Shown here one piece after another: positions 63,501 to 64,000 of a DNA stretch of 64,000 nt. The DNA comes from Takakia lepidozioides. Its lineage: Eukaryota; Plantae; Bryophyta. Positions within the stretch are counted from its first letter, which is position 1; each line of letters begins with the position of its first letter. The notes under the pieces were generated by a model. It was not told the origin of the DNA. It saw only the letters and a list, made by a program, of their open reading frames with translations, and did no database searches. A program made the position numbers and the translations under genes. Where the stretch lies: the NCBI GenBank assembly GCA_030704615.1, contig CM060733.1, positions 24,118,001 to 24,182,000 on the forward strand, read 5' to 3'.

Positions 63501-64000
63501 ACGGACAGAGAGGCAATAATCAAAGTGAAGTGCATAAGGCCACTGGCCATTTTGGAATCCGGAGAACACAGAAGAGATATGTCGACGGTATTTCTGGCAT
63601 GACAGAACGAAACTCATCAGGCAAGTACTCAAGGGCTGTGGAGAATGTCAGATGACCAAACAGAACGGAGTGTTACGCTCAGGTAGCTCAAAACTTCACA
63701 GCATTCCAGTTGTGGATCTGTTTTTCAGAGTTGCAATTGACACAGCAGGGCCATTACCCATAACCAACAGGGGCAATCAGTACTTTCTGGTAGCAATAGA
63801 TCACTTCTCAAAATGGATAGAGGCTGCACCAGTGGCAGATCATACAACAGCACTTACTGCCCGCTTTCTAGTGGAAGAAGTCATTAACAGGTATAGCTGC
63901 CCCCACACATTGCTCACTGACAATGGCACGGAGTGGGGAGGTGAGTTTGAAGATGCATGCCGCGAATATGGTATAAAAAGAGAGCATAGCGCTCCCTACT
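60510..64000 (+). mobile_element. Second Ty3/gypsy pol (RT, RNase H, integrase), 5'-truncated and running off the window
   Basis: Motifs KKDGSKRFCGDFR, LDLQSGFWQI, MPFGLKNA, VFVDDV, VLDVDWS, TDHKPL, GHFG..CGEC, IDTAGPLP and TDNGTEW. No LTR or gag at the 60500 junction. Confidence 0.93.

Overview
Eukaryotic nuclear DNA from a non-seed land plant with flagellated sperm: it has spliceosomal introns, an axonemal dynein, a centrin and plant-type RAR1/RGP/glucuronokinase genes. The compact introns and TE content would fit a hornwort or other bryophyte, but that is inference. The first ~20.8 kb is gene-dense: the 3' end of a dynein heavy chain, a damaged RAR1/CHORD gene, a centrin-3-like gene, a tRNA-Thr/tRNA-Ser pair only 5 nt apart, and three adjacent nucleotide-sugar genes (NPP/ENPP, glucuronokinase, RGP/UAM). 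From ~20.8 kb on it is a nested transposon island. It contains a 138-bp satellite beside a Replitron remnant, a hAT remnant, a CACTA end and transposase, a RING-H2 ORF, and a Sola2-like transposase split by a complete 12.9-kb Ty3/gypsy element (GTTTG TSD, extra ORFs). Further right are a Zn-finger/MULE-like ORF, a 1.6-kb array of ~30 palindromes spaced ~52-53 bp apart, and a disrupted spliced gene with a ParB/Srx-like DGNHR domain plus an amino-DNA-methyltransferase-like motif, cut off by a second gypsy pol. The palindrome array plus ParB-like/MTase-like gene is the best candidate for an undescribed system. All family assignments are by eye from motifs; no searches were run.
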